Assembly: GCA_965221165.1 (NCBI GenBank)
Contig: CBDCRP010000003.1
Span: forward strand, 736,001 to 800,000
DNA: 64,000 nt
Direction: 5' to 3'
DNA from: a bacterium
GTDB taxonomy: Bacteria > UBA8248
Below the pieces are notes generated by a model. That model did not search any database and was not told where the DNA came from. It saw nothing but the letters and a program-made list of their open reading frames with translations. This document shows, piece by piece, positions 50,306 through 60,723 of the stretch. The number at the start of each line of letters is the position of its first letter. Position 1 is the first letter of the stretch. The translations under genes were made by a program, and so were the position numbers.

Positions 50306-51538
50306 ATGCTCTACAACAGGGAACGCGCGCTGGAACTGATGAGAGAACACGACGTCGTGGCCATGATAGGCACCACGCTCGAGAACGTCACCTATCTGAC
50401 GGGCCACATCGGCTGGGCGCAGCGCGTCTACCGGGCGCGGAAAAGCTATTCCCTGCTCACCAGCAACCCCGACGCCGGCGCCGACCTCATCATGAACCGC
50501 GCGGACAACACCTACTACGCCGCGTATGGCGGACACGCGGAGAACGTCTACGTCTGGGGAGGACAGGCGAACCACATCGAGCCGGAAGGGTATGAGCCGC
50601 ACGACGATGAAATGAGGCGCTACCGGGAGCTCCATGCAAGCGGAGGCAAGCACGCGACCCTTTTCGACGGGCTCCTCGCCGCACTCAGGGACCGGGGGAT
50701 CACTTCCGGCCGAGTCGCCCTGGACGAGGAAGGCTGTCCGGACAGCCTGTTCGCCACATTGCAGGAGAAACTCCCCGATTGCGAATTCATCCCGGGCTCG
50801 GGCCTGTTCCTGATGACGCGCCTCGTCAAGACGGCGGATGAACTCGACCGCCTGCGCGAGGCCGCCCGGGTGAACGAAGACGCCATTTCCGAAGTATTCG
50901 GCTTCGTGCGCGAGGGCGTGAGCGAGCGCGAGGTGGCCGAGGTCTGGCGTCAGGCGGTGGCCCGGCCCGGCGGCATGTGGCACTGGTTTCACTTCAACAG
51001 CGGCCCGAGGGGCGTCTTCATCTTTCCGCCCACGGAGAGAAAGCTGCAAAAAGGCGACGGCTTCATGTTCGACGCGGGGCTTTTTCACAAAAACTACAAC
51101 GCCGACACGGGAAGCTGCGGCTCCATCGGCGAGCCGAGCGCGCGAATGCAGCGCGAATGGAAGGGGGTCGACGAGGGATTCCACGAATGCCTGGAGGTCA
51201 TAAAGGCCGGCTGCACGGGAAACCAGATATACCAGGCCCTGGTAAAGGGAATCCAGTCGCGCTTTCCCGAGTTCGACGCCCCGTTCGCCGGCCACACGAT
51301 TGGTCTCGAAGCGAGAGAGTTCCCGTTCATCCTGGGTCCTGAATCGAAGCACGACCAGCCTTTCTACCCGGACACTTCCGAGATTCCTTTCCCCGTCGAT
51401 TCGGTGATCAACGTCGAAGCGCCCATCGGCACGTTCGGCTTCGGGGGATACCAGATCGAATACTCGGTCGTCGTGAAGGAAAACGGCTGGGAGATGCTCA
51501 TCCCCCAAGACAGGAGTTTCCGGGTCATCGACGCGTGA
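50306..51538 (+). CDS. M24 family protein, copy 3
   Basis: ENVTYLTG, RLVKTADEL, DAG..D, GHTIG, E..E. Confidence 0.85.
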   Translation: MLYNRERALELMREHDVVAMIGTTLENVTYLTGHIGWAQRVYRARKSYSLLTSNPDAGADLIMNRADNTYYAAYGGHAENVYVWGGQANHIEPEGYEPHDDEMRRYRELHASGGKHATLFDGLLAALRDRGITSGRVALDEEGCPDSLFATLQEKLPDCEFIPGSGLFLMTRLVKTADELDRLREAARVNEDAISEVFGFVREGVSEREVAEVWRQAVARPGGMWHWFHFNSGPRGVFIFPPTERKLQKGDGFMFDAGLFHKNYNADTGSCGSIGEPSARMQREWKGVDEGFHECLEVIKAGCTGNQIYQALVKGIQSRFPEFDAPFAGHTIGLEAREFPFILGPESKHDQPFYPDTSEIPFPVDSVINVEAPIGTFGFGGYQIEYSVVVKENGWEMLIPQDRSFRVIDA

Positions 51539-51742
51539 TTTTATACTGGAGGCTCAATGCACGACTGCGAGCCTGGGGGCGATTTGCACGCAGAGAGAGG
51601 AGCGTTTTCGCCCCAAGAACCTGCGAACACACGAGGATGCCGAGCCAATGTAGCTAGAACGTCATCGGTTCAGTGAAAGTAAAAAAGAGTTGCGCCGAGA
51701 CCTATCTAGCCATTGCGCAGGCATGTGAGTCAGGTAGCAAAT

Positions 51743-52255
51743 ATGATGCGCTTAAACATCTGTGCCGACTGCGGGCGGCGTATACGCCTCCGCTACACGC
51801 GCTGCTACTCCTGTCAGATGCGTCGCCGCCGAAGCAAGTGGCGCGACCCGGAGCATCTGGCCGGCCAGGCCGAGCGTGATGCGAAGTTGGGCCGCAACAA
51901 GTTCTTTGTGTACCTGTTGGATACCGACTACGGCCACTATGTGGGACATACCGCCAACGTGCAGGCGAGGTTAAATGCTCACATAGACAACAAAGTCCAA
52001 TCCACCGCCGGTAGTGATCCGAAACTGCTTTGGACGTCCAGTCCCTTCTCTACACGCGAGGATGCCTCAGGATTCGAGGCGGCGCTTAAGTCATTAAGAG
52101 ATCAGTCGGCGGATCGGTTCCAGGAAATCACCGGCCATGAGCCTATCCCGTTCGAGCAGGTTCCGGCGTCTGGCTCTGGATGTGGATTGCAGGGCATCGT
52201 CCTGATTGCAGCCGTTGCCGCTGCGGTGCTGATTATGCTGAAAATTTTCTCGTAG
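51743..52255 (+). CDS. GIY-YIG nuclease domain protein with N-terminal CxxC-CxxC and C-terminal TM helix
   Basis: FVYLL..HYVGHT....RL..H...FEAALK; CADC/CYSC; hydrophobic C-terminus. Confidence 0.75.
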   Translation: MMRLNICADCGRRIRLRYTRCYSCQMRRRRSKWRDPEHLAGQAERDAKLGRNKFFVYLLDTDYGHYVGHTANVQARLNAHIDNKVQSTAGSDPKLLWTSSPFSTREDASGFEAALKSLRDQSADRFQEITGHEPIPFEQVPASGSGCGLQGIVLIAAVAAAVLIMLKIFS

Positions 52256-52390
52256 TTTTGACTATGGCAAGGACTCAGCCTTTTCATAGGATTCTGCAGA
52301 GATAGTGAAACGCGAGCGAATTCCGCGAATTGACCCGGAGCGAAAAATAAGGTGAGATAGGCGGGTCGCCACAATTCTCTTGCCTGGAGA

Positions 52391-53629
52391 ATGCCGATGC
52401 CCGATCATCCCGACTCTTTGCCGAGACGCGATTTTATCCGAAAAAGCGCCTTCGCCGGTCTCGGCGCAGGCCTCCTTCCGTTCACGCAGGCTATGGATGC
52501 GGACGCCGCGCAGAACCGGGTTCGCCGCTACGTCAACCTGGGAAAAACGGACATCAAGATGTCGGACATTTCCTTCGGCGGCAGCCGGTTGGGCGCAGGC
52601 GAGGAAGACCTCGTTCTCCACGCCCTCGATTCAGGGATCAACTATTTCGACACCGCCGAGAGCTACAGCTGGGGAGAATCCGAAACCACCATCGGCCGCG
52701 CGCTCAAGGGAAAACGCCAGGAGGTCTACCTCACCTCCAAGACGCATACGAGCTCCACGGACAAAAAGGAGTCGATGATGCGCTCTCTCGAAGCGAGCTT
52801 GAAAAAACTCCAGACCGATTACGTGGACGTCTATTTCAACCACGCGGTGAACGACGTGGAGAGAATGAAAAATCCCGAGTGGGGCGAGTTCGTCGCGCTG
52901 GCGAAAAAACAGGGGAAAATCCGTTATTCCGGCATGTCGGGCCATGCGGGAAACCTGATCGAGTGCCTTAACTACTGTGTTGATAAGGACGCCGTGGACG
53001 TATTCCTGGTGGCGTACAACTTCGGCCAGGACCCGGCCTTCTACCAGAGATTCACGCGCGGTTTCGATTTCATCGCCAGATTCCCGAAACTGCCCGGGGT
53101 CCTCGCAAGGGCGAAGGCCAAGGGCATCGGCGTCGTCGCCATGAAAACGCTGATGGGCGCGCGCTTGAACGACATGCGGCCCTATGAGAAGGGGGGCGCC
53201 ACCTATTCGCAGGCCGCTTTCCGCTGGGTGCTCTCGAATCCCAACGTGGATTCCCTCATCATCTCGATGACGAGCAAGGAGAACATCACCGAGTTCGTGG
53301 GCGGCTCGGGCTGGAAGAAGATATCGCGCCGCGAGGTGCCGATTCTCCAAAAATACGCGCGGCTCAACGGAGCGTCCTACTGCCGCCATGCGTGCAACGA
53401 CTGCGAGGGCGCTTGTCCGGAAAATGTCCCCATCGCGGACGTGCTCCGCACCCGCATGTATGCGACCGACTATGAGGACGTGCGATTCGCAAGGGCCGAG
53501 TACTCCCTGCTGGGCGCGGGCGCATCGGCATGTCTCACCTGCACACACCAAAGCTGCGCCGGCTCTTGTACGCACGGGCTGCCCATCGAGAAGATGACCG
53601 CGCCGACCCACGAACTGCTCACGGTGTAG
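52391..53629 (+). CDS. Aldo/keto reductase with Tat signal and C-terminal 4Fe-4S dicluster
   Basis: RRDFI Tat motif; GINYFDTAESY, SLKKLQTDYVD, AMK; CRHACNDCEGACP and CLTC...CAGSC. Confidence 0.88.
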   Translation: MPMPDHPDSLPRRDFIRKSAFAGLGAGLLPFTQAMDADAAQNRVRRYVNLGKTDIKMSDISFGGSRLGAGEEDLVLHALDSGINYFDTAESYSWGESETTIGRALKGKRQEVYLTSKTHTSSTDKKESMMRSLEASLKKLQTDYVDVYFNHAVNDVERMKNPEWGEFVALAKKQGKIRYSGMSGHAGNLIECLNYCVDKDAVDVFLVAYNFGQDPAFYQRFTRGFDFIARFPKLPGVLARAKAKGIGVVAMKTLMGARLNDMRPYEKGGATYSQAAFRWVLSNPNVDSLIISMTSKENITEFVGGSGWKKISRREVPILQKYARLNGASYCRHACNDCEGACPENVPIADVLRTRMYATDYEDVRFARAEYSLLGAGASACLTCTHQSCAGSCTHGLPIEKMTAPTHELLTV

Positions 53630-53678
53630 GCCGAAGACCTCCTCCGGATCGCGTTAGACGATCAAGGCCCCACTGCGC

Positions 53679-54617
53679 ATGGCCGCCTTATCCGTTCATG
53701 GGAGAAGCCCCATCGACATCGCCATCACGGGCGCGAACGGCGCCGTCGGCAAAGCGCTCATCGAACGCCTCGGGGCGGATTCGGCCATTGAGCCTGCGCG
53801 CCTGCGGGCGCTTGTCCGGGATATGGGGCGAAGCGAGAACCTGCGCGATCTCCCCGCCGAAGTGATGGAAGTAGACTACGACGACGCGGAAAGCCTAAGC
53901 CGTGCCGTGGAAGGTGCTGACTGCGTGGCGCATCTGGCGGGTTCGCTGGTTCCGAGAGCGGGTGATTCCCTCCTTCAGGCGAATCTGCTCACCACGAAAA
54001 ACATCGTGGATGCGAGCATCCCCCGCGGCGTGAAATCCTTCGTGTACTTGAGTTTCCCGGGCGCGGATTCTGAGTCTGAAAACGAGTATTTGCGAACGAA
54101 AGGCCAGGCGGAGGATTTGATTGAAGAGAATTTCGGGTCGGGCGCCATTTTTCGCGTGCCCATGATACTGGGGCCCGACACACAGGCCACGAACCAGATA
54201 AGAAGACTGCTCGCCTCCTCGGTAGTCCCTCTCGTGGCGGGAGGCGCGGTTCGGGTCCAGCCGATATACCTGGGCGACGTTTTGAGCGCGATCGAATGGA
54301 CGATCCTTCATCCCGAGGCGCCGCTTACGCGTATGAACCTCGTGGGGCCGGACACCCTGCTCTACCGCGAACTGCTCATGCGCGCCGGGCAAAGGCTCGG
54401 GAAACGGCCCCGCATCCTGACGATCCCGAGGGGACTGGCACGCGCCGCGTCGAGCATCATCAGCCTGCTCTCGCCCTCTTCTCCCATGAGCCGCACCGTA
54501 TTCGACATTATATTCTATGAGCATCTGTGTTGGGATGCGGAAGCCCGAAGCGCCATGCCCATCTCATGCACCGGAGTCGATGAAACTTTGGACCTCTCGC
54601 TGCCGCGTCACGAATAG
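53679..54617 (+). CDS. Atypical SDR / NAD-dependent epimerase (NDUFA9-like)
   Basis: TGANGAVG, HLAG, YLRTK, QPIYLGD. Confidence 0.8.
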   Translation: MAALSVHGRSPIDIAITGANGAVGKALIERLGADSAIEPARLRALVRDMGRSENLRDLPAEVMEVDYDDAESLSRAVEGADCVAHLAGSLVPRAGDSLLQANLLTTKNIVDASIPRGVKSFVYLSFPGADSESENEYLRTKGQAEDLIEENFGSGAIFRVPMILGPDTQATNQIRRLLASSVVPLVAGGAVRVQPIYLGDVLSAIEWTILHPEAPLTRMNLVGPDTLLYRELLMRAGQRLGKRPRILTIPRGLARAASSIISLLSPSSPMSRTVFDIIFYEHLCWDAEARSAMPISCTGVDETLDLSLPRHE

Positions 54618-54643
54618 CCTCTGCGCATTCAAGGAGTTTCGCT

Positions 54644-55600
54644 TTGGAACAAGACACGAGCCCGCATCCATCAGGCAAGGGCAGACAACTCATCCCCATC
54701 GGGCTGACGGTGGTGATATTCCTCATCATCTTCTGGCGAATCCCCTTTCACGAGTTCGTACTCGCCATTTCGAAGGCGAGGCTCGCCCTCTTCCTCGTGC
54801 TGATGGCGTGTTTTTCGATCTGTTTTTTCCTGATGGATACCTTCGTCCTGAGCAAGATGATCCGCTGGTTCCACGGCCCGCTGACGTTCCCGACGCTGCT
54901 GCCCGTGCGCGCCGTCACCTACGTCGTCTCCATCATCAACACCCAACTCGCCCAGGTGGCGCTGGCGCTTTATTTTCACCGCAGGTTCCAGACTCCGCTC
55001 GCCGAGATCACGAGCACCGTCGCCATGCTCATCCTGCTCGAAGTCACGAACCTGATCTCGTTCGCCACGGTCGGCGTCATCGCCTTTCCCGGCGGAGCGC
55101 CCCTCGTTCTCATCATTCTGCCCTTGGGGCTCGCGTGCTTCTGGCTCCTCATCACCCGGGTGGCGCGCGGGGGACTCGGCGTCATCGGCCAAAAAATCGG
55201 GAGCCACACCCTGCTCAACACTTTCAGGGCCATCCGCTTCAGGCAGGGTCTCCTGGTCCTCGCGCTCAAGGGCTCCGTTTTTCTGCTCTCCTTGTTCGTG
55301 CACAAATACGCCCTGACCCTCTTCGGGATGGACATACCGCTGTTGCGGCTTCTGACGTTCCTGCCGCTCGTTTTCATGATAGGCGCCCTGCCGGTGACGG
55401 TGGCGCACCTGGGCACGTCCCAGGCCGCGTGGATATTCTTCTTCAAGGACTATGCGCCCGAGGCGGACCTGCTCGCCTACAGCCTCGTCTCCCACCTGAC
55501 CTTCATGCTGGCGAACGGGACCATCGGCTTGTTGTTCATGCCGAAAGCGTATGCGGATTTATTCGGAAAAAAGAAGCAGATCACCTACAGGCGTCGATGA
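54644..55600 (+). CDS. Lysylphosphatidylglycerol-synthase TM (flippase-like) membrane protein
   Basis: About 8 hydrophobic helices; LPVTVAHLGTSQ resembles the P.t.gGlG..E motif. Start codon is TTG. Confidence 0.7.
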   Translation: MEQDTSPHPSGKGRQLIPIGLTVVIFLIIFWRIPFHEFVLAISKARLALFLVLMACFSICFFLMDTFVLSKMIRWFHGPLTFPTLLPVRAVTYVVSIINTQLAQVALALYFHRRFQTPLAEITSTVAMLILLEVTNLISFATVGVIAFPGGAPLVLIILPLGLACFWLLITRVARGGLGVIGQKIGSHTLLNTFRAIRFRQGLLVLALKGSVFLLSLFVHKYALTLFGMDIPLLRLLTFLPLVFMIGALPVTVAHLGTSQAAWIFFFKDYAPEADLLAYSLVSHLTFMLANGTIGLLFMPKAYADLFGKKKQITYRRR

Positions 55601-56163
55601 GGCAAGAGGCCGTTTCGGATGAGTAAATATAAAGCGTAGAGAAAAACCAGGCGACCGAGCCAGAGGAGGACAGGCTTCAGCCAGTCCCACGAAAAGCTAA
55701 TCTCGAAGACGACTCCACCCACCAAGGCGTAAAAAAACACCCCCGCCCACTTGCCCGCCACATCCTCGGGCAACGAATCGCCCGCGCTCCCGGCCCCGTC
55801 CCGGCAGCGCCACAGGAACTGCGCGCCCAGCGCCAATACGCCCAGGGGCGCCCAGGGGCCGATGCGCCCCGCCCATGCGGCGACCGAGAGCGCCGCCGCG
55901 TTGAAGGCGACATCGGAAAAAGCATCCACCCCTCCCCAGAAATAACTCTTAGCGCCCGCGCGCCTCGCCAGTGGGCCGTCAGCCAAGTCGCTCAAGACCG
56001 CGTAGGCGTAAACGGCGATGAGCAAAATCCGCCACCTGAGGTCGGGAGTGGACTCCAGGCGGAAGAAAACCCATAAGAAGACAGGAATCGCCAGTATACG
56101 GGCGAGTGTGAGGCCTCTTGCCAGGCACGCGAGTTTCGGCTGAGTGAAGCTTCCCTCCGTCAT
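55585..56163 (-). CDS. CDP-alcohol phosphatidyltransferase family protein
   Basis: LTLARI, SDLADGPLARR....G..D...D motif. Confidence 0.85.
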   Translation of the reverse strand: MTEGSFTQPKLACLARGLTLARILAIPVFLWVFFRLESTPDLRWRILLIAVYAYAVLSDLADGPLARRAGAKSYFWGGVDAFSDVAFNAAALSVAAWAGRIGPWAPLGVLALGAQFLWRCRDGAGSAGDSLPEDVAGKWAGVFFYALVGGVVFEISFSWDWLKPVLLWLGRLVFLYALYLLIRNGLLPHRRL

Positions 56164-56226
56164 CCGGCCTCCTCCCAAGCCTCAATCCGCGCGAAAACGT
56201 GATAAATCGGGATCACCCTGCCTCAA

Positions 56227-56256
56227 TTGACACACCCGCCGCAAAGTTCTAGTAAT
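56227..56256 (+). promoter_or_regulatory. Possible sigma70 promoter of the molybdoenzyme operon
   Basis: Perfect TTGACA, 17 nt spacer, then TAGTAAT (imperfect -10), about 50 nt before the ATG. Confidence 0.4.
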
Positions 56257-56307
56257 GGACTAAGCCAAATGATTAGAAACACGTTTCACCACAAGTGAGG
56301 ATTCTTC

Positions 56308-57828
56308 ATGACCAAGTATGCAATGGCGATTGATCTCGAATCCTGCATAGGATGTCATGCTTGCACAATCGCGTGTAAATCTGAACACGATATTCCCATC
56401 GGCGTCTGGCGATGCTGGGTGAAGGAAGTCGAGAAAGGCTCCTTTCCGAGCACCAGAAGGGAATTTCTGCCTGTCCTGTGCAACCAATGCGACGACGCGC
56501 CGTGTCAGAACATTTGCCCGACGAAGGCGCTCTTCAGGCGCAGCGACGGAATCGTGGACCTCGACCCGGACTGGTGCATCGGGTGTAAATCCTGTATCGC
56601 CGCCTGTCCGTATGATCAGCTCTTCATCGATCCGAACACGATGACGGCGGAGAAATGCAATTTCTGCGCGAACCGCCTCGAAGCGGGCCTGGAACCCGCC
56701 TGCGTGGTGGTCTGCCCCACGCAATGCCGCGTGTTCGGCGACGTGGAAGACGCGGATTCGAAGATTTCCAGGCTCACCACGCAGCGCCCCTACCAGGTGA
56801 GAAAGCCCGAATACAACACGGCGCCCAACATCTATTATCTCGAGGGCAGCCGCCAACTCCTGGATCCCACCGAAGCGGGCCAGTCGGGCATCTACAAGCA
56901 GGGCGAGATGGACATGGAAAGAGAAGACGTCGTACCCGAGTGGGAGAACAAGCCAGGCGATAGCCGCACCGTTTACGACACCTTCCACGAGGTTCCCTGG
57001 GAGACGAAAATCATCACCTATCTGCTGACCAAGGGCGCGAGCACGGGTCTTTTGGTCATCAGCCTGTTTCTGTGGGCGTTCGGCTTCAAAAGTTCGCTGT
57101 TCTCCTTCTGGATGCCCGCGCTGAGCGGAATCCTTCTGGCCGCCACGGGAGCGGTGCTCGTCACCGACCTCAAGCGGCCCGAGCGGTTCTACTACATCAT
57201 GCTGCGCTCGAACTGGGGCAGTTGGATGGCGTGGGGCACGTGGTTCATCGCGCTCGACGGCGCCCTCACCCTCCTCTGGATGCTGGGCGCCATGTTCGGC
57301 GCGACGGGTTTCATGGGCCTCATTCTCTGGCCCACCATCGTCATGGGCGTGCTCTCCTCGATATACACCGGCTTTTTCTTCGCCCAGGCCTCGGCGCGCG
57401 ACCTGTGGAAAGGAAGCGAGAACACTCTCGACATCGGCGTGCAATCGGGCCTGAAGGGCGTTGCGATCCTGCTTCTCTTCGCCACGCTCTTCCCCATCGA
57501 GGATCAGGCGTCCGTCCTGAACGTCCTGGGCGGGCTGCTCGCCGTCCTCATATTGCTGCACCTGAGCATCCTGGTGTTCTCGATTCTCGTGCATCGCTTC
57601 GGCTCCGTCGCGCACGAGCGGGCGATTCACCTGCTGACGAACGGACCGTTCAAGAACGATTTCTGGGGAGGCGCCGTGGTCGTGGGTTGCCTCGTTCCCC
57701 TGCTCCTTTTGTGGGCGGGCGGTTTCGGCGGCTTCGGCGCGGTGCTGGCCGGCATCATGGCCATGGCGGGCGCCTATCTTTGGGACAAAATCTGGGTGAA
57801 GGCCGGACAGGCCGTTCCCCTTTCGTAA
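56308..57828 (+). CDS. Fused four-cluster ferredoxin (NrfC/DmsB) and NrfD/PsrC membrane anchor
   Basis: CIGCHACTIAC, CNQCDDAPC..ICP, CIGCKSCIAACP, KCNFC..PACVVVCP; then DLKRPERF, SWMAWG and about 8 TM helices. Confidence 0.92.
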   Translation: MTKYAMAIDLESCIGCHACTIACKSEHDIPIGVWRCWVKEVEKGSFPSTRREFLPVLCNQCDDAPCQNICPTKALFRRSDGIVDLDPDWCIGCKSCIAACPYDQLFIDPNTMTAEKCNFCANRLEAGLEPACVVVCPTQCRVFGDVEDADSKISRLTTQRPYQVRKPEYNTAPNIYYLEGSRQLLDPTEAGQSGIYKQGEMDMEREDVVPEWENKPGDSRTVYDTFHEVPWETKIITYLLTKGASTGLLVISLFLWAFGFKSSLFSFWMPALSGILLAATGAVLVTDLKRPERFYYIMLRSNWGSWMAWGTWFIALDGALTLLWMLGAMFGATGFMGLILWPTIVMGVLSSIYTGFFFAQASARDLWKGSENTLDIGVQSGLKGVAILLLFATLFPIEDQASVLNVLGGLLAVLILLHLSILVFSILVHRFGSVAHERAIHLLTNGPFKNDFWGGAVVVGCLVPLLLLWAGGFGGFGAVLAGIMAMAGAYLWDKIWVKAGQAVPLS

Positions 57829-57846
57829 TCCGGGAGTTTCAAGAAC

Positions 57847-60723
57847 ATGAGCACAAGCCATCTTCAAGCCGGCAAGGGCGCGCGAGACATCGCTTCTTTA
57901 GGCCGTCCCGACCTGCTGGCCAAAGCCCCGCCCGCAGCCCCGGCGGGCCAACTCAACTACACGAACACGAACGGCGCTCTCACCTCCTACCCGAGTCCCG
58001 ACAAATGGGACAACTGGACGGAATACGAAAGCACCAAGTGGCCGCAGAAAGTAGCGAGAAACTACGCGCTGGTTCCGACGCTTTGCTTCAACTGCGAGGC
58101 GGGATGCGGACTTCTGGCCTACGTCGACAAAGACGACATGAAGATCAGAAAAATCGAGGGGAATCCCCTCCACCCCGCCTCGCGCGGGCGCAACTGCGCC
58201 AAGGGATGGGTGACGCTCAACCAGGTGTACGACCCCGACCGCATCTTCTATCCCCTGAAGCGCGTGGGCGAGCGCGGCGAGGGCAAGTGGGAGCGCGTGA
58301 GCTGGGACGAGGCGCTCGACGACATCGCCGGGCGTATTCGCGAGGCGATTCAGGCGGAGCGGCGAAACGGCGTCATCTATCACGTGGGACGCCCCGGCGA
58401 GGACGGCTACATGTTCAAGACGCTCGCCGGCTGGGGCGTGGACGGCCACAACAGCCACACCAACGTGTGCAGTTCCTCGGCCCGCATCGGCCAGTTCCTC
58501 TGGAACGGATCGGACAGGCCTTCGCCCGATTTCACCAACGCCGACGCCATTTTGCTGATCAGCAGCCACCTCGACACGGGCCACTACTACAACCCCTCGG
58601 CCCAGCGCATCATCGAGGCGCAAACCAGCGGGGCGAAGCTCATCGTCATAGACCCCAGGCTCTCCAACACGGCGGCGAAGGCCGACTACTGGCTGCCCGC
58701 CTACAGCGGAACCGAGAGCGCAATCCTGCTCGCCATCGCGCGCTATCTGCTGGATACCGGGCAGTTCGACGCGCAGTTCGTCGAGGAGTGGATGAACTGG
58801 ACCGAATATATGCGGACCGTTCACCCTGATGAAGAGGCGAGCTTCGATAACTTCATCGAGAAACTGAAACAAGAATACGCGGAGTTCACCTTCGAGTACG
58901 CGGCGGAGGAGACGGGCGTATCCATCGACTTGATCGCCGAAGTCGCCCAGGTCGTCGCCCGCGCCGGGAGCCGCCTTTGCATCCACGTCTGGCGCGCGGC
59001 CGCCACCGGCAACCTGCACGGCTGGCAGGTGGCGCGGTGTCTGCACTTCCTGCCTTCGCTGACGGGCGCGGTGGGCACGGTAGGCGGAACCCACCTGGCG
59101 AGCACGCACAAATTCGTGCCCAAACACCCCAACCCCGCTCCGGGGCCCAAGGACTGGAACGAACTCCTCTTCCCCCGGGAATACCCCCTCGCCTTTTTCG
59201 AGATGAGTTTCCTGATGCCCCATCTCGTGAAGGACAAGGGCCACAGCGTCGACGTCTACTTCACGCGGGTCTACAACCCGGTGTGGACGAACCCCGACGG
59301 CTTCATGTGGGTGGAGATGCTCAAGGACCACGACAAGATAGGCTGCCACGTGGCGCTCACCCCCACCTGGAGCGAAACGGCGTGGTTCGCGGACTACATT
59401 CTGCCCATGGGCAACGCCACGGAACGCCACGACAACCAGAGCCAGGAGACGCACCCCACGAAATGGGTGGGCTTCCGCCAGCCCGTCCTGCGGGCGCTGC
59501 GCGAGAGGATGGGCGAGACGTTCGAGAGCTCGCGCGAGACGAACCCCGGCGAGGTGTGGGAAGAAGACGAGCTCCACATCGAACTCTCCTGGCGCATCGA
59601 CCCCGACGGCTCGCTCGGCATCCGGCAGTATTTCGAGAGTCCCTACAGGCCGGGCGAGAAGATCACGGTGAACGAATACTACCAGTGGATGTTCGAAAAC
59701 GGCGTTCCGGGATTGCCCGAAGCCGCCGAGAAAGAAGGCTTGACGCCGCTGGAATACATGCGCAAATACGGCGTCTTCACCGTGCAGGAAAACGTGTACG
59801 AACCCCACATGCACGAGCTACCGGATGAGGCGATGCACGACGCCCACGTGGATGAGACGACGGGCTCGGTCTGGAAAGACGGCGCGCTCATCGGCAACAT
59901 GAGCCGGGGCAAGGCGAGGGAGGGCTTCCACACGCCTTCAAAGAAACTCGAGTTCTACAGCCCGACCATGGCGGCCTGGAACTGGGGCGATGAGGCGATA
60001 CCCAAATACATGAAGACCCACGTCTACTGGCGCGACATGGAAAAAGGCAACAACGAGTTCGACCTGCTGCCGAACTATCGCCTGGCCACTCTCATCCACA
60101 CGCGCTCGGCCGTGAAGTGGCTCTACGAGATCACCCACAACAACCCGCTCTGGATACACACCGACGACGCCGCGCGTCTCGGATTGAGCACGGGCGACCT
60201 CACGAAAATAGAGACCGAGATAGGCCATTTCGTCACCAGATGCTGGGTGACGGAGGGCTTGAGGCCCGGCATCGTCGCCATGGCGCACCACCTGGGCCGC
60301 TGGCGCCTGAGCGAGAATCAGGGTGCGCCCAAGATCGCTTCCGCCGTCGTGCGTCTCGATGAGAAGGGTGACGGGGAGTACACCATGCGCCAGGTGCACG
60401 GCGTCCAGCCCTTCAAGAGCGACGACCCGGACACGGAGCGCATCTGGTGGCGCGAGGTGGGCGTGAACCAGAACCTCACCTTCCCGGTCAACCCCGATCC
60501 GGTGAGCGGAATGCACTGCTGGCACCAGAAGGTGCGGGTCACGAAAGCGGGGGCGGCGGATCGCTACGGCGACATCAGCGTCGATACGAAGAAGAGTTTC
60601 GAGCACTACAAGCAATGGCTCGAGATGACGAAGCCCGCACCCGGCCCCGACAACCTCAGGCGCCCGCTGTGGTTCGCCCGGCCCAACAAGCCCCAGGCCG
60701 AGGCCTACACCATCTCCGAATGA
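57847..60723 (+). CDS. Molybdopterin oxidoreductase catalytic subunit (no Tat leader)
   Basis: CFNCEAGC..NCAKG, RIFYPLKR, SWDEAL, HTNVC, ETAWFADYILP, DPVSG. Confidence 0.92.
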   Translation: MSTSHLQAGKGARDIASLGRPDLLAKAPPAAPAGQLNYTNTNGALTSYPSPDKWDNWTEYESTKWPQKVARNYALVPTLCFNCEAGCGLLAYVDKDDMKIRKIEGNPLHPASRGRNCAKGWVTLNQVYDPDRIFYPLKRVGERGEGKWERVSWDEALDDIAGRIREAIQAERRNGVIYHVGRPGEDGYMFKTLAGWGVDGHNSHTNVCSSSARIGQFLWNGSDRPSPDFTNADAILLISSHLDTGHYYNPSAQRIIEAQTSGAKLIVIDPRLSNTAAKADYWLPAYSGTESAILLAIARYLLDTGQFDAQFVEEWMNWTEYMRTVHPDEEASFDNFIEKLKQEYAEFTFEYAAEETGVSIDLIAEVAQVVARAGSRLCIHVWRAAATGNLHGWQVARCLHFLPSLTGAVGTVGGTHLASTHKFVPKHPNPAPGPKDWNELLFPREYPLAFFEMSFLMPHLVKDKGHSVDVYFTRVYNPVWTNPDGFMWVEMLKDHDKIGCHVALTPTWSETAWFADYILPMGNATERHDNQSQETHPTKWVGFRQPVLRALRERMGETFESSRETNPGEVWEEDELHIELSWRIDPDGSLGIRQYFESPYRPGEKITVNEYYQWMFENGVPGLPEAAEKEGLTPLEYMRKYGVFTVQENVYEPHMHELPDEAMHDAHVDETTGSVWKDGALIGNMSRGKAREGFHTPSKKLEFYSPTMAAWNWGDEAIPKYMKTHVYWRDMEKGNNEFDLLPNYRLATLIHTRSAVKWLYEITHNNPLWIHTDDAARLGLSTGDLTKIETEIGHFVTRCWVTEGLRPGIVAMAHHLGRWRLSENQGAPKIASAVVRLDEKGDGEYTMRQVHGVQPFKSDDPDTERIWWREVGVNQNLTFPVNPDPVSGMHCWHQKVRVTKAGAADRYGDISVDTKKSFEHYKQWLEMTKPAPGPDNLRRPLWFARPNKPQAEAYTISE

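Noticed and set aside
31957-60723. Selenocysteine recoding in the molybdoenzymes
   Set aside because: Both ORFs are uninterrupted, with Cys at the likely ligand positions.
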